Origin: a virus
Length of the DNA stretch: 64,000 nucleotides
Virus record (IMG/VR): IMGVR_UViG_3300005468_000016
Location: 1-64,000 of that record
Strand: one strand, 5' to 3'
The notes beneath the pieces were generated by a model. The model saw nothing but the letters and a program-made list of their open reading frames with translations, was not told where the DNA came from and made no database searches. Positions 19,318 to 28,315 of this stretch are shown piece by piece; within the stretch, counting starts at the first letter, position 1, and each line of letters opens with the position of its first letter. The position numbers and the translations under genes are program-made.

Positions 19318-19967
19318 GATCCAACCTCCACGACAATCACGGTGATGTTGTCCTTCCCGCCCCGCTCATTGCACAACGCCACGAGACATTCCGCGGCATC
19401 GGGTCGGAGCGTCGGCTCTGACAGGAACGCGGTCAGGGTCTCCGATCGCTTCAGGTCGAAGTGCCGCGCCAGTCCATCGCTCGCCAACAAGAAGCGGTCG
19501 CCAGGTCGTGCGCTGGTTTTTGACGTGCAAGCCTCGAACGCCTGCCCGATGCCGCAGTAGTTGGTGAGACCGTACGGGCATTCATGGTGCGGCGCGATCA
19601 CGTCCACTTCGCCGCCACGGAACCGAATCAGGTCCGAGTCACCCGCAGCGCCCCACTCCGCCACCCCTCCCTGAATTCGCAACGCAACGATCGTTGACCC
19701 CGGCGCCAGTTGATTGAAGCGAGACGGGCCAGCGAGCGCGATCACGGCCTCGTTTGATTTCGTCAGCGCGTCCGCGAATGATGCGCCCGCACGAATCGCA
19801 TCCACAAATGAATCGAGCGCGGTCTGTGCCGCCAACTCCCCCTCCGCATGTCCGCCCATGCCATCGGCCACGACATAGAGACCGAGCGTGTCATCGGCAA
19901 AGAAGCGATCTTCGTTCGCCTGCCGCCGCATGCCGACGTGGGAGAAGGTGGAGGATGTGGGGGTCAT
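19314..19967 (-). CDS. PP2C/PPM family Ser/Thr phosphatase
   Basis: RRQANED, VADGMGGH, GDS, LLASDGL, GGKDNITV all present. Confidence 0.93.
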   Translation of the reverse strand: MTPTSSTFSHVGMRRQANEDRFFADDTLGLYVVADGMGGHAEGELAAQTALDSFVDAIRAGASFADALTKSNEAVIALAGPSRFNQLAPGSTIVALRIQGGVAEWGAAGDSDLIRFRGGEVDVIAPHHECPYGLTNYCGIGQAFEACTSKTSARPGDRFLLASDGLARHFDLKRSETLTAFLSEPTLRPDAAECLVALCNERGGKDNITVIVVEVGS

Positions 19968-20217
19968 TTGACGGACGCCTCAAGTTGTCGGTTGATGTCG
20001 TCGCGAAAGCGTGGAAATCGCAGACAGCGCTTACAAATCCTGTCCCGGATTAGGTCCGGCGGAAAAAGCTCGGCATGGTTGCACAACAGACCGCAGAACG
20101 TCGTGCCCAGACTGCTGCGGGTTTCCGGTTCGATTGCCACGCCATGAACCTTGCAGCCGCGGGATTCGCGCGAACTTGGCACGTCGGGACAGTAGGCGGT
20201 TGCGAGGCGGACCAAGG

Positions 20218-20472
20218 TCATTTAACCACCGCGGGCGGTGGGGTGTCCGATTCGCCCACAAGGTAGGCCGCGCCATCGCCCGCCGCCTTCTTGAGTTTGA
20301 CCAAAGTACAAATCATCGGCGTTTTGTGGCCTCGGATATATTCACTGATGGATGCCTCATTGACCTTGGCTTTGCGCGCAAAATCACGCTGTCGATAGCC
20401 CTTGCTGCGGATGATATAGGAGAGTCGAGCGCCAAAATTAGCTGGCACATCGGCTCGGTCAGTTGGGTTCAT
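20218..20472 (-). CDS. Xre/cI-like HTH regulator
   Basis: FGARL...RQRDFARKAKVNEASISEYIRGHKTP; sits at a divergent-transcription switch. Confidence 0.85.
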   Translation of the reverse strand: MNPTDRADVPANFGARLSYIIRSKGYRQRDFARKAKVNEASISEYIRGHKTPMICTLVKLKKAAGDGAAYLVGESDTPPPAVVK

Positions 20473-20479
20473 GGCCGAT

Positions 20480-20547
20480 AGGGAAACATGGAAAAGCGCG
20501 CATGTCAAAAGAAATTTATTGACTCCCGGAAAATGATGCGATACACA
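20480..20547. promoter_or_regulatory. Divergent promoter pair
   Basis: Minus TTGACA-17-TTCCCT and plus TTGACT-17-TACACA separated by an AT-rich tract. Confidence 0.6.
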
Positions 20548-20587
20548 GATAGACGTGGATTGAAACCCCACATACCAAGGAGAGAAG

Positions 20588-21010
20588 ATGCAGAGCCTGC
20601 AAGATATCATCGATGGTCTGACGCTCAAGCAGCTTCGCGAATTGCGGACACTGCTTGGCGCGGACCTCATCGCCCAGGCCGCCGCGCTCAAGGCGCCCAC
20701 CGCCTCGCCTTCCGGCGAGGAACGCCCCGTGATGGTCACGACCGAGCATCGCGGCGTCTTCTTCGGCTACACGACCACGACCGATGAAGAGGCGCTCGCC
20801 AAGAATGCCGTCCGCCTGCGCGCCGTGCGCAACTGCGTCTACTGGTCGGCCGACCTCAGGGGCTTCGGTGGGCTCGCCGTCGTGGGCCCGAACAGCAACT
20901 GCAAGGTCGGCCCCTCCATTCCGAGCGCGCAGGTGCTCAACATCACCGGCATCTGGGATGTCACGCCAGAGGCGGCCAAGGCGTGGGAGCAGGCGCCATG
21001 GGACAAGTAA
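20588..21010 (+). CDS. Conserved phage protein (DUF6948-like)
   Basis: VMVTTEHRGVFFG...LRAVRNC.YW.....GLAVVGP; followed by a Gly-rich gene as is common in phages. Confidence 0.7.
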   Translation: MQSLQDIIDGLTLKQLRELRTLLGADLIAQAAALKAPTASPSGEERPVMVTTEHRGVFFGYTTTTDEEALAKNAVRLRAVRNCVYWSADLRGFGGLAVVGPNSNCKVGPSIPSAQVLNITGIWDVTPEAAKAWEQAPWDK

Positions 21011-21201
21011 CATTCCCTGCATGGACGGCTGAGAGTCGCTCCGGCTACGGCTCCGGCTACGGCGACGGCTCCGGCGACGGCTCCGGCGACGGCTCCGGCG
21101 ACGGCTACGGCGACGGCTACGGCTCCGGCGACGGCTACGGCTCCGGCGACGGCTACGGCTCCGGCTACGGCGACGGCAAGCAAGACATCATCGTGAACTA
21201 A
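20998..21201 (+). CDS. Gly/Ser/Asp/Tyr-rich repeat peptide
   Basis: (GS/GD/GY)n encoded by 6-bp units GGCTCC/GGCGAC/GGCTAC at 21040-21177. Confidence 0.7.
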   Translation: MGQVTFPAWTAESRSGYGSGYGDGSGDGSGDGSGDGYGDGYGSGDGYGSGDGYGSGYGDGKQDIIVN

Positions 21202-21638
21202 GATGCCCCGTCTCCTATACTACGTCTTCGGCCCCATCGAGCATGGCAACCGTGTCGCGATCGGGGTCGCGGACGTGGATGGAGTCGAGGCGGTGGTTCG
21301 GCTGGTTAAGGACTGGCCCAAGCAAGCCAAGGGTGCGAAAGGTGAGGCGATGAAGTTCTTGCGCATGACTGGGACCGAGAAGCTGCAACTACTCGGCGGC
21401 GGAAGTCGTTTCATGCTCGGACCCGAAGCCAGCGCCCAAGCGATCAGGGATATGGGGTTTGAACCGTGATCACCATCGACCTCGACGGCACCGCCACCGT
21501 TCAGCGGTCCATGGAACCGCACGCGCCGTCGTGCGCGTTGTGCTGGCGAACGGACCCCGATTCCGAGGCCCAGCATCGGAGGGTTCTGGATGAGGCAAGG
21601 GGACGGGCGGGGTTGCAGATGAGGACGGAGGTTGAGCG

Positions 21639-21929
21639 ATGACAACCATCGAAATTCTCAAGCGGGCCAGGGAGTTGATCGCGACGCCGGAGAGGTGGGC
21701 GCATCAGAATGGATTGTTGCCGGTTGAGTGCGACGGCTTGCACGATCCGCGGGTCACTGCGCGCTGTTTGGCTCTGGCGATCGAGTCAGTGCAAAGACAT
21801 GCCAGGGATGCACGCGCTGCGCTCGGATTTGAATCCTGGTCGGAGATGCACGCTTGGAACGACGCCCCCGAGCGCACCCACGCCGAAGTCCTGGCGCGGC
21901 TCGATGATGCGATTGCGAGGCTGTCGTGA
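21639..21929 (+). CDS. Conserved phage protein (DUF6197-like)
   Basis: ILKRARELI..PERW ... CL..AI ... WNDAPERTHAEVLA.LDDAI. Confidence 0.75.
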   Translation: MTTIEILKRARELIATPERWAHQNGLLPVECDGLHDPRVTARCLALAIESVQRHARDARAALGFESWSEMHAWNDAPERTHAEVLARLDDAIARLS

Positions 21930-21986
21930 CCCTCACCAGCGAAACCACCATCGCTGAACTCGACGCTCGCGCCGAGACAGTCCAGT

Positions 21987-22122
21987 CCCGTGCCGGGCGC
22001 GTAGCCGCGCCCCAGTCCAATCGGATGGGAACTCATGCCTTTCTCCTTTCTATCCGATCGCCGTTGTCCTGTGTTGGAAGCACGGACCAGCGGATTGGGG
22101 CGCGACTAGGCGTTCGGACGGG
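21987..22122 (+). ncRNA. Candidate structured RNA (long-stem three-way junction)
   Basis: About 29-bp terminal stem plus two hairpins; G-U pairs favour the plus strand. Confidence 0.5.
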
Positions 22123-22137
22123 CGGTGAGAGTGCTTC

Positions 22138-23049
22138 ATGATCACCCTCCACATGAAGCCCGAAGTCTCAGGCGTGGAATGGTCCAGGTTCTGTGCCGAA
22201 GCTCCACCGTTCTCTATTGCGCTCGATGGATACGTGCCGGGACCACCTCGGCTCGATACCGCGGCTCCTTGCGCGTCTTTCAACCATCACGAAGGCGTGG
22301 ACCGTCTATCCACGCGAAGCACCTGCGCCCAAGTGCTGCTGGCCTTGCGCATGGGCCTCTATGAGCGGTTTCGAGACAGCGATGGACCGCGTGCCGATGT
22401 CTTCGCGAACGACTGCGACGAAGATGTATGCCTTGCGTGGACCATCCTGAACAATCCACATCTCGCCGATGATCCCGCGAATCCGATCCTGAATCGGCTT
22501 GTCGGCGTGGAGGATCTTCTTGATTGCACCGCGGGCATGTACCCGATGCACAAGGATTCGCCGATCCTGCGCGAGTTGGCTTGGGTGTTCGAGCCATACC
22601 GACAGTTTCGTCTGAGCGGCCAACTGAATCGGCGCGAAGTCTCGGCTTTTGCTTCAATCGTCAAGGATGTGGAGGGGCGCATCCTGCGCTACGTCGTCGG
22701 ACACGGCGACACCATGGCGCTTGATACGCGATACGAGGTCCTCTTTCGTGGCAATGGCTGGCTGGGTGTTCGTGAAATCGGCGCGCAGGCAAGAGTCGGT
22801 CTGGTGTCCGATGGCTGTCGAGCATTCGTTTCTGTGCGCCAACGTGGTGACGGACGCTGGACATATTCGATCGGCCGATTGTCGCCGTTCGTGGCGCCGG
22901 ACCTATCGGCGCTTTGCTCGGCCCTGAATGCCATCGAGCCAGGATGGGGTGGCGGAGATACAATCATCGGCAGCCCGCGACCGAGCGGTAGTGCATTGTT
23001 GCCTGATGAATTGTTCGCGATGGTTGCGGGGTTGGAGGTGGGACGGTGA
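22138..23049 (+). CDS. DHH-like phosphoesterase
   Basis: ALDG, FNHHE, NDCDED and C-terminal WGGG..IIGSPR. Confidence 0.6.
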   Translation: MITLHMKPEVSGVEWSRFCAEAPPFSIALDGYVPGPPRLDTAAPCASFNHHEGVDRLSTRSTCAQVLLALRMGLYERFRDSDGPRADVFANDCDEDVCLAWTILNNPHLADDPANPILNRLVGVEDLLDCTAGMYPMHKDSPILRELAWVFEPYRQFRLSGQLNRREVSAFASIVKDVEGRILRYVVGHGDTMALDTRYEVLFRGNGWLGVREIGAQARVGLVSDGCRAFVSVRQRGDGRWTYSIGRLSPFVAPDLSALCSALNAIEPGWGGGDTIIGSPRPSGSALLPDELFAMVAGLEVGR

Positions 23050-23292
23050 AAGTCAAGTGCTACAGGTGCGACCGCGCGATTGAAGGCAGCGAACAGAACG
23101 GATTCTTGCTTCGCCGACAAGCATCCGGGTTGGCTGCCGTTCTGGGACCAATCGAGCGGACTAGAGATGGCTGCCCTATGTCCAGAACATGCGCCGGACC
23201 TGGCGCGAGCGCTGGAGATTCTGGTGTCCATCTTCGGCGACAAGTTCCGGAGCATGAACTTTGGACCGGCTGTCAAGGAGATGAGATCGTGA
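23046..23292 (+). pseudogene. Small Zn-finger gene split by an apparent frameshift
   Basis: CYRC in one frame and GW...LCPEH in the +1 frame; both ends are coupled to neighbours by GTGA overlaps. Confidence 0.5.
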
Positions 23293-23819
23293 TCCCGGGT
23301 TTCCTCCGTGCCCTCGCCGCCCTCCTCCGCGAACTCGCGCGTCAGGGTAAGTTGCTTCACGCCACCGAGGCCGATGCGGTGGAACTGGAGTTGCTGTCCG
23401 GGTTGCTGTGGGAACGGTGCCGCGTCTTTGAAGACGGCATCAGGAAGGGCATGGTCGTGGTGGACGTGGCGATTGAACGCGAAGCCACCCCGGCTGATGT
23501 GGCGTTCGGTTGGCTGTGGCTAAGTCGGGCGCAGTTTAACCAGCACGGTGAAATCGTTGACGAAGAGGTGACGGAGCGATCTGCCGTCTGTGCTGAACTC
23601 GCCGTGATTGCCGCGGGCATGACCACGGGTTGCTCGGACATGGGATGCAGTCAGGTCGCCGATCCACATCGGGGAACGCGCGAAGGGGCAAGAGCGGCTT
23701 GGTCGTTTATCATCGAACAGTTCGGCGATAAGGTGTGGCATCGCAAGCACGACGGCATGCCGGTGAAGGAATTGGCTGGCATCCGCGAGAAGTACCGCCG
23801 CGAACTGGAGGCGATGTAA
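23289..23819 (+). CDS. Hypothetical protein
   Basis: GTG start with AAGGAG RBS; distal part of the 257-aa track ORF. Confidence 0.6.
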   Translation: MIPGFLRALAALLRELARQGKLLHATEADAVELELLSGLLWERCRVFEDGIRKGMVVVDVAIEREATPADVAFGWLWLSRAQFNQHGEIVDEEVTERSAVCAELAVIAAGMTTGCSDMGCSQVADPHRGTREGARAAWSFIIEQFGDKVWHRKHDGMPVKELAGIREKYRRELEAM

Positions 23820-24491
23820 TGACCCCCGACACCCCAACCCTTGGCCAACTCCTCCGCGGCGCACGCAGCGGCTTCTATTACAGCGCCGCCCTTGGATGCT
23901 TCCTCCGTCTCCGCAAAGGCGCGGGCGCAAACTGGGAAGCGATGCTCTCGGATGTCCAGGCGCTGCCCGAGCGGCCCGATCCAAACACTTACATCCACTG
24001 GGCCGATGGTGGCGCGCTGACAAAGGCCATTGAGAAAGCCCCCGGACTTGTGCGCCATGCTGCGGAGTTCGCGGGTCGCTTCTGTTCAGTGCGGACGGTG
24101 GAGCTATGCGAGCACGGGGAGTGGCTGGGCGCGGCGTGTGATGGGTGCAAGCGGGTGGGGCTGGCTCAGTCGTGAGCGCATCCACGGGCCTGTTCGGCGC
24201 GAGCGAAGCGAGTAAGACTTTCGGGGGATTCTTTACAAAAGGGGGTGCTTTTGTTGGACCTGTCAAGCACAATCGACCACGCAGAGGCTGAGCATGACCC
24301 TCTCTAATGCCAGTAAGTTGCAACAAGAATGGAGGCTTGGCAGGCGCCGTTACCGTCGGTGGTCAAATCGTGTGCGACGGAACGCGGCAAGGGCAGCCAA
24401 AACCCCGCATGCCCAACGATCCGCCGCCCAGGTCTCGACGCTCTACTTCTTTGCGATGTTGACGGAAGATTCATGCAACAATCAGGCCATG

Positions 24492-24500
24492 TGATATAAT
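24492..24500 (+). promoter_or_regulatory. Extended -10 promoter upstream of terminase genes
   Basis: TGATATAAT (TGn + consensus TATAAT). Confidence 0.6.
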
Positions 24501-24547
24501 GGTTGGACGTTTTACGTGATAACGCTCACCAAAGAGAACGCTTGGCA

Positions 24548-25003
24548 ATGAACCCGAACTCGGCAAACACGACGAATCCCGAAGTCATCACGGCGGAAGA
24601 GAAGCGATGGATTGCCCTGGAACTCCGCAAGCAACGGAAGAGTTACCGGGCGATCTCGGCGGAGATGAAATGCAGCCTGAGCGCTGCCCATGGCTATATC
24701 CGCAGCGCCCTGGATGACCTGCGGAAACTGACTCTGGAGAACGCACAGGAACTCCGGGATCTGGAGATTCAGAAGCTCGACGCCATCGAGGAAGAACTCA
24801 CGAAGCGTCTTGATGGCGCAGACGATCAGGACGCCGCGAAAATATCCGCGGTAATCGTCAAGACTTCTGAGAGTCGGCGCAAGCTTCTCGGGATCGATGC
24901 GCCTCAGAGAGTTGAAGCCAGCTTTGCCAAGGGCTACATCGTGAGGGAGTGCTCACCGGATACATTCCCGCCTCCGCCAGCGCCCAGCGATGACAATGGA
25001 TGA
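24548..25003 (+). CDS. terS: Terminase small subunit
   Basis: HTH (ALELRKQRKSYRAIS), RRKLLGIDAP, directly upstream of terL. Confidence 0.8.
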   Translation: MNPNSANTTNPEVITAEEKRWIALELRKQRKSYRAISAEMKCSLSAAHGYIRSALDDLRKLTLENAQELRDLEIQKLDAIEEELTKRLDGADDQDAAKISAVIVKTSESRRKLLGIDAPQRVEASFAKGYIVRECSPDTFPPPPAPSDDNG

Positions 25004-26756
25004 CAACCTCCCACGCCGTGATTTCAAACCGCTCCCGTGGCAGATCGAAGCCTTCCGGGATCGTCGGCCGATTAAGCTTCTGACGGGTGGTGCTGGCGGA
25101 GGAAAGAGCCAATGTGCGGCGGAACAGATGCACGCGCTGGCGCTGCGATATCCGGGGGCTACGGTCATCATCGGTCGCAAGGCTCGCGAGACGATGACGA
25201 ACAGCACGATTCCGTTCTTCGTGAACACCGTGGTGGGTCCAGATCCGCGGGTGAAGTTCACAAAGTCGGAGTTTCGCTGCGATTACTACAACGGTTCGCA
25301 GGTCATCTTCTTTGGCATGAACGACGCCAAGCAGCGGGAGTCTCTGCGCTCGGTCGGCAGCAAGGGCGCCGTGGATTTTGCTTGGCTGGAGGAAGCGAAC
25401 GCCTTCATTCGCGACGACATGAACGAAGTCTTGGGCCGACTCCGCGGCACGGCGGCGGGCTGGAATCAGATCCTTCTCAGCACCAACCCAGACCGGCCGA
25501 CGCACTGGATCAATCAGGACATCATCATCCCATCGCGCACCGATGAGGGCCAGCGGCGGTTCGCGGTCTACTATTCCAAGGCGGCCGACAATCGGTACAA
25601 CGCCGCGCAGTATGCCGACACGCTCAGCCAGTTGACAGGCGTGCAATATGCCCGGCTTGTGCTCGGGCAGTGGGTCCAGGCCGAAGGTGTGGTCTACGAG
25701 GAGTTTGATCCGGACCTACACATCATTGATCCGTTCACCATTCCCAACGATTGGCGCCGGTTCCGGGGAATCGACTTTGGCCATACGAACCCGTTTTCTT
25801 GCCTCTGGGCCGCAATGGACGGGGATGGTCGCCTCTACTTCTACCGAGAGATTTACAAGACCAAGACGCTCTGCGAGGACCACGCCAAGGACATCATCAA
25901 ACGCACGGGGGCCGAGAGAATCGAGGCGACCCCGGCTGATCATGATGCCGAAGACCGCGCGACTCTGGCCCGCCACGGAATCGTGACGGTCCCAGCCTAT
26001 AAGGCGATCGAGGTCGGTATCCAGGCATTCAAGGCGCGACTGCGGAAGGCATCGGATGGCAAGCCCAGAATCTTTTTCTTCCGCAACATGCTCAAGTCCG
26101 CAGACCCGGAACTCCTCGAAAAGAAACAACCGACCGGGATTCTTGCGGAGTTTGAGGCGTATGCGTGGCCCAAGGGAGCGGATGGGAAGCCAAACAAAGA
26201 GAAGCCGGTTGATATGTACAACCACTCCTGTTTTGTCGCCGAGACGCTCATCGCCACAAAGACGGGACAGCGGGCGATGGTTGATGTTCGTATCGGCGAC
26301 GAGGTTCTGACCAGGAATGGGTACCGACGAGTCATCCAGTCGGGCATGACCCATCCTGCTGCGGATGTATTCGATGTCCGTCTATCGAATGGCCGAGTGC
26401 TTACCGGAACGGCGAACCACCCGGTGTTTGTGCGCGATGTTGGTTTTATATCGCTAGATTCGCTGATGACTGGTAATGCCCTCTTTTCTTGGGAAACCAC
26501 CGTCCGCGTGGTGCGCGTCTCGGCGCGGCAAGAAAGACAGCCGGTGTATAACCTGTCGGTCGATAATCCAGATGGTGAGGGCGAGTATTTCGCCAACGGG
26601 GTACTGGTACACAACTGTGACGCGGCCCGCTATATCATCGCCCACGTCGATAACCTCGCCTCCACCGGAGACGCCCGCGCAGTGATCAAGCAAGCCGCCG
26701 AAGCAAAGGATCGATTCTCATCAGTCGCGAGCCGGTTCAAGTCGAGTTGGAGATGA
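24990..26756 (+). CDS. terL: Terminase large subunit (PBSX-like) containing an intein
   Basis: Walker A GGAGGGKS, Walker B WLEEA, STNP, GIDFG, NHS/CDA nuclease motif. Confidence 0.95.
   Translation: MTMDDNLPRRDFKPLPWQIEAFRDRRPIKLLTGGAGGGKSQCAAEQMHALALRYPGATVIIGRKARETMTNSTIPFFVNTVVGPDPRVKFTKSEFRCDYYNGSQVIFFGMNDAKQRESLRSVGSKGAVDFAWLEEANAFIRDDMNEVLGRLRGTAAGWNQILLSTNPDRPTHWINQDIIIPSRTDEGQRRFAVYYSKAADNRYNAAQYADTLSQLTGVQYARLVLGQWVQAEGVVYEEFDPDLHIIDPFTIPNDWRRFRGIDFGHTNPFSCLWAAMDGDGRLYFYREIYKTKTLCEDHAKDIIKRTGAERIEATPADHDAEDRATLARHGIVTVPAYKAIEVGIQAFKARLRKASDGKPRIFFFRNMLKSADPELLEKKQPTGILAEFEAYAWPKGADGKPNKEKPVDMYNHSCFVAETLIATKTGQRAMVDVRIGDEVLTRNGYRRVIQSGMTHPAADVFDVRLSNGRVLTGTANHPVFVRDVGFISLDSLMTGNALFSWETTVRVVRVSARQERQPVYNLSVDNPDGEGEYFANGVLVHNCDAARYIIAHVDNLASTGDARAVIKQAAEAKDRFSSVASRFKSSWR
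26229..26615 (+). mobile_element. Mini-intein (129 aa) without homing endonuclease
   Basis: CFVAETLI N-terminus, TANHP block B, VYNLSV...YFANGVLVHN followed by Cys +1. Confidence 0.93.
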
Positions 26757-27109
26757 AGCCCGTCTATCAATCCCGATTCGGTCAGAACGGCAATTGTCTG
26801 GCCGCCTGTTTTGCCTCCATGCTGGAATGCCCACTGGAAGCCGTCGATTTTAGTTGCGGAGATCACGCCGAGGATGCTTGGGCGGCGGTGGCAAATGAAA
26901 AACTGCGCCCGTTTGGAGTCTATTTCCTCGACGTAAGAGCAGACCTTGCCCATATTCCAACCGATGCTTTTCTGATCGGCAACGGCATGAGCGGGCGCGG
27001 GCGCATGCACTCGGTCATTTACCAGAACGGAAGACATATCCATGACCCGCATCCCGATGGTGGTGGGATCGTGAAACTGGATTTCATCACCCTGCTTGTG
27101 AGGTTGTGA
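26753..27109 (+). CDS. Putative papain-like (C39-type) peptidase fold protein
   Basis: Q...GNCLAAC, HSVIY, HDP. Confidence 0.55.
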   Translation: MKPVYQSRFGQNGNCLAACFASMLECPLEAVDFSCGDHAEDAWAAVANEKLRPFGVYFLDVRADLAHIPTDAFLIGNGMSGRGRMHSVIYQNGRHIHDPHPDGGGIVKLDFITLLVRL

Positions 27110-27299
27110 TGACAGCGATCCTAGACACCGCGCCGCCCGAGCGTCAGCATATTACGTTCTGGGAGAGATGGATGATGAGTTGGGTGCATCTCGTGGATGG
27201 ATTCTGCGGGGTGATAACGCTGGGAACGTACGATCCCTGGCTTCGGGTCAAGGCTTCGATTTGGTGGCTGGGCAACAAGCTAGAGAGGGGCGAGCGGTC

Positions 27300-27734
27300 A
27301 TGAACCTCGACGACATATCACCAGAACAGCGTGCCGAAGTGGAGCGTCTTACCGCTGAGTGTGCACGGTTGGCCCAAGAGGAGTGCAAGGACTTCCTCGG
27401 CAAGCCCATCGAGTGGAAGTTGGATGATGTCCAGCGCCTGTCCGTTGAGCATGCCATCGCCGCCGCTCTACTAAAGTATGCCGACGGGGAAAGTGGTGTG
27501 CCGCTTCCGACCGGCTTAACGGTGGGCGATCTCCGCAAGAGTGGTGCAGCGATCCCTGACAGCATCCCCGATGTTGCAGAGGTCTGGGCTCGGGGAGTGA
27601 GTTTCAAGATCGACCGAGAGAACAGCACAAAGACCGAGATCATCGGCACCCACGAATTCAAAGGCGCGGAGTTCAGATGGACCGAGCAAGTCGTCTCAGT
27701 GGTGGCACCAGCGTTTGCGGTGATAAAGCAATGA
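27300..27734 (+). CDS. Hypothetical protein
   Basis: Coupled ORF between terL and portal. Confidence 0.55.
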   Translation: MNLDDISPEQRAEVERLTAECARLAQEECKDFLGKPIEWKLDDVQRLSVEHAIAAALLKYADGESGVPLPTGLTVGDLRKSGAAIPDSIPDVAEVWARGVSFKIDRENSTKTEIIGTHEFKGAEFRWTEQVVSVVAPAFAVIKQ

Positions 27735-28315
27735 AAACCGACGGGAAACCGTTCTACGGACAAGAACTCCCGCCGCTACTTATCTCGCGCGGGGTCGTGG
27801 ACATCAAAGACAAGCACGGGAACGTGGTCGGGCGGCGGCTGCTAATCGACAGACGGCCGAGATTGCCTCATGGGATAACGCTCGGCATGGTCCCGTCGGA
27901 GGACGAATGAAAACCGCCGAAGACATCGTGAGGGCGCTGGCTCAGCACGCACCGTGCCGTCACGCAGAAGACTACTGCGCCTTCCCGCAATGTGGCACGG
28001 CTTCATCTGCCGATGAAGTTGACGACCACGTTCCCGAGTGCCCTTATCGCATGGCGGTGGAGTGGGTTGGTGAGCGCGAAGCCATCCGCGCTGATCTGCG
28101 ACAGAAGGGCTGGACATTGCGCAGCGACGGATATTGGTCGGCGAACGAGACCGGCCCACTGGATGCGCGCGGCATGATTTGGCAGGACCGAATGATCGAC
28201 CTCGATCCTGAGAACTCGCGCCGAATCCTGGCTGCCATCGAGGCCAGAACCCCGCCGCGGGTTCGCTGGCCCACATCTTGCTGACATCTCCCCGCCGCCC
28301 GTGTAGCCTAGGCCC

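Noticed and set aside
21040-21177. CRISPR array
   Set aside because: 6-bp coding microsatellite without spacers.
21704-22036. Minus-strand 110-aa ORF with a strong RBS
   Set aside because: It is antisense to a recognisable phage gene and has no protein features; G-U pairing favours a plus-strand RNA. Not fully excluded.
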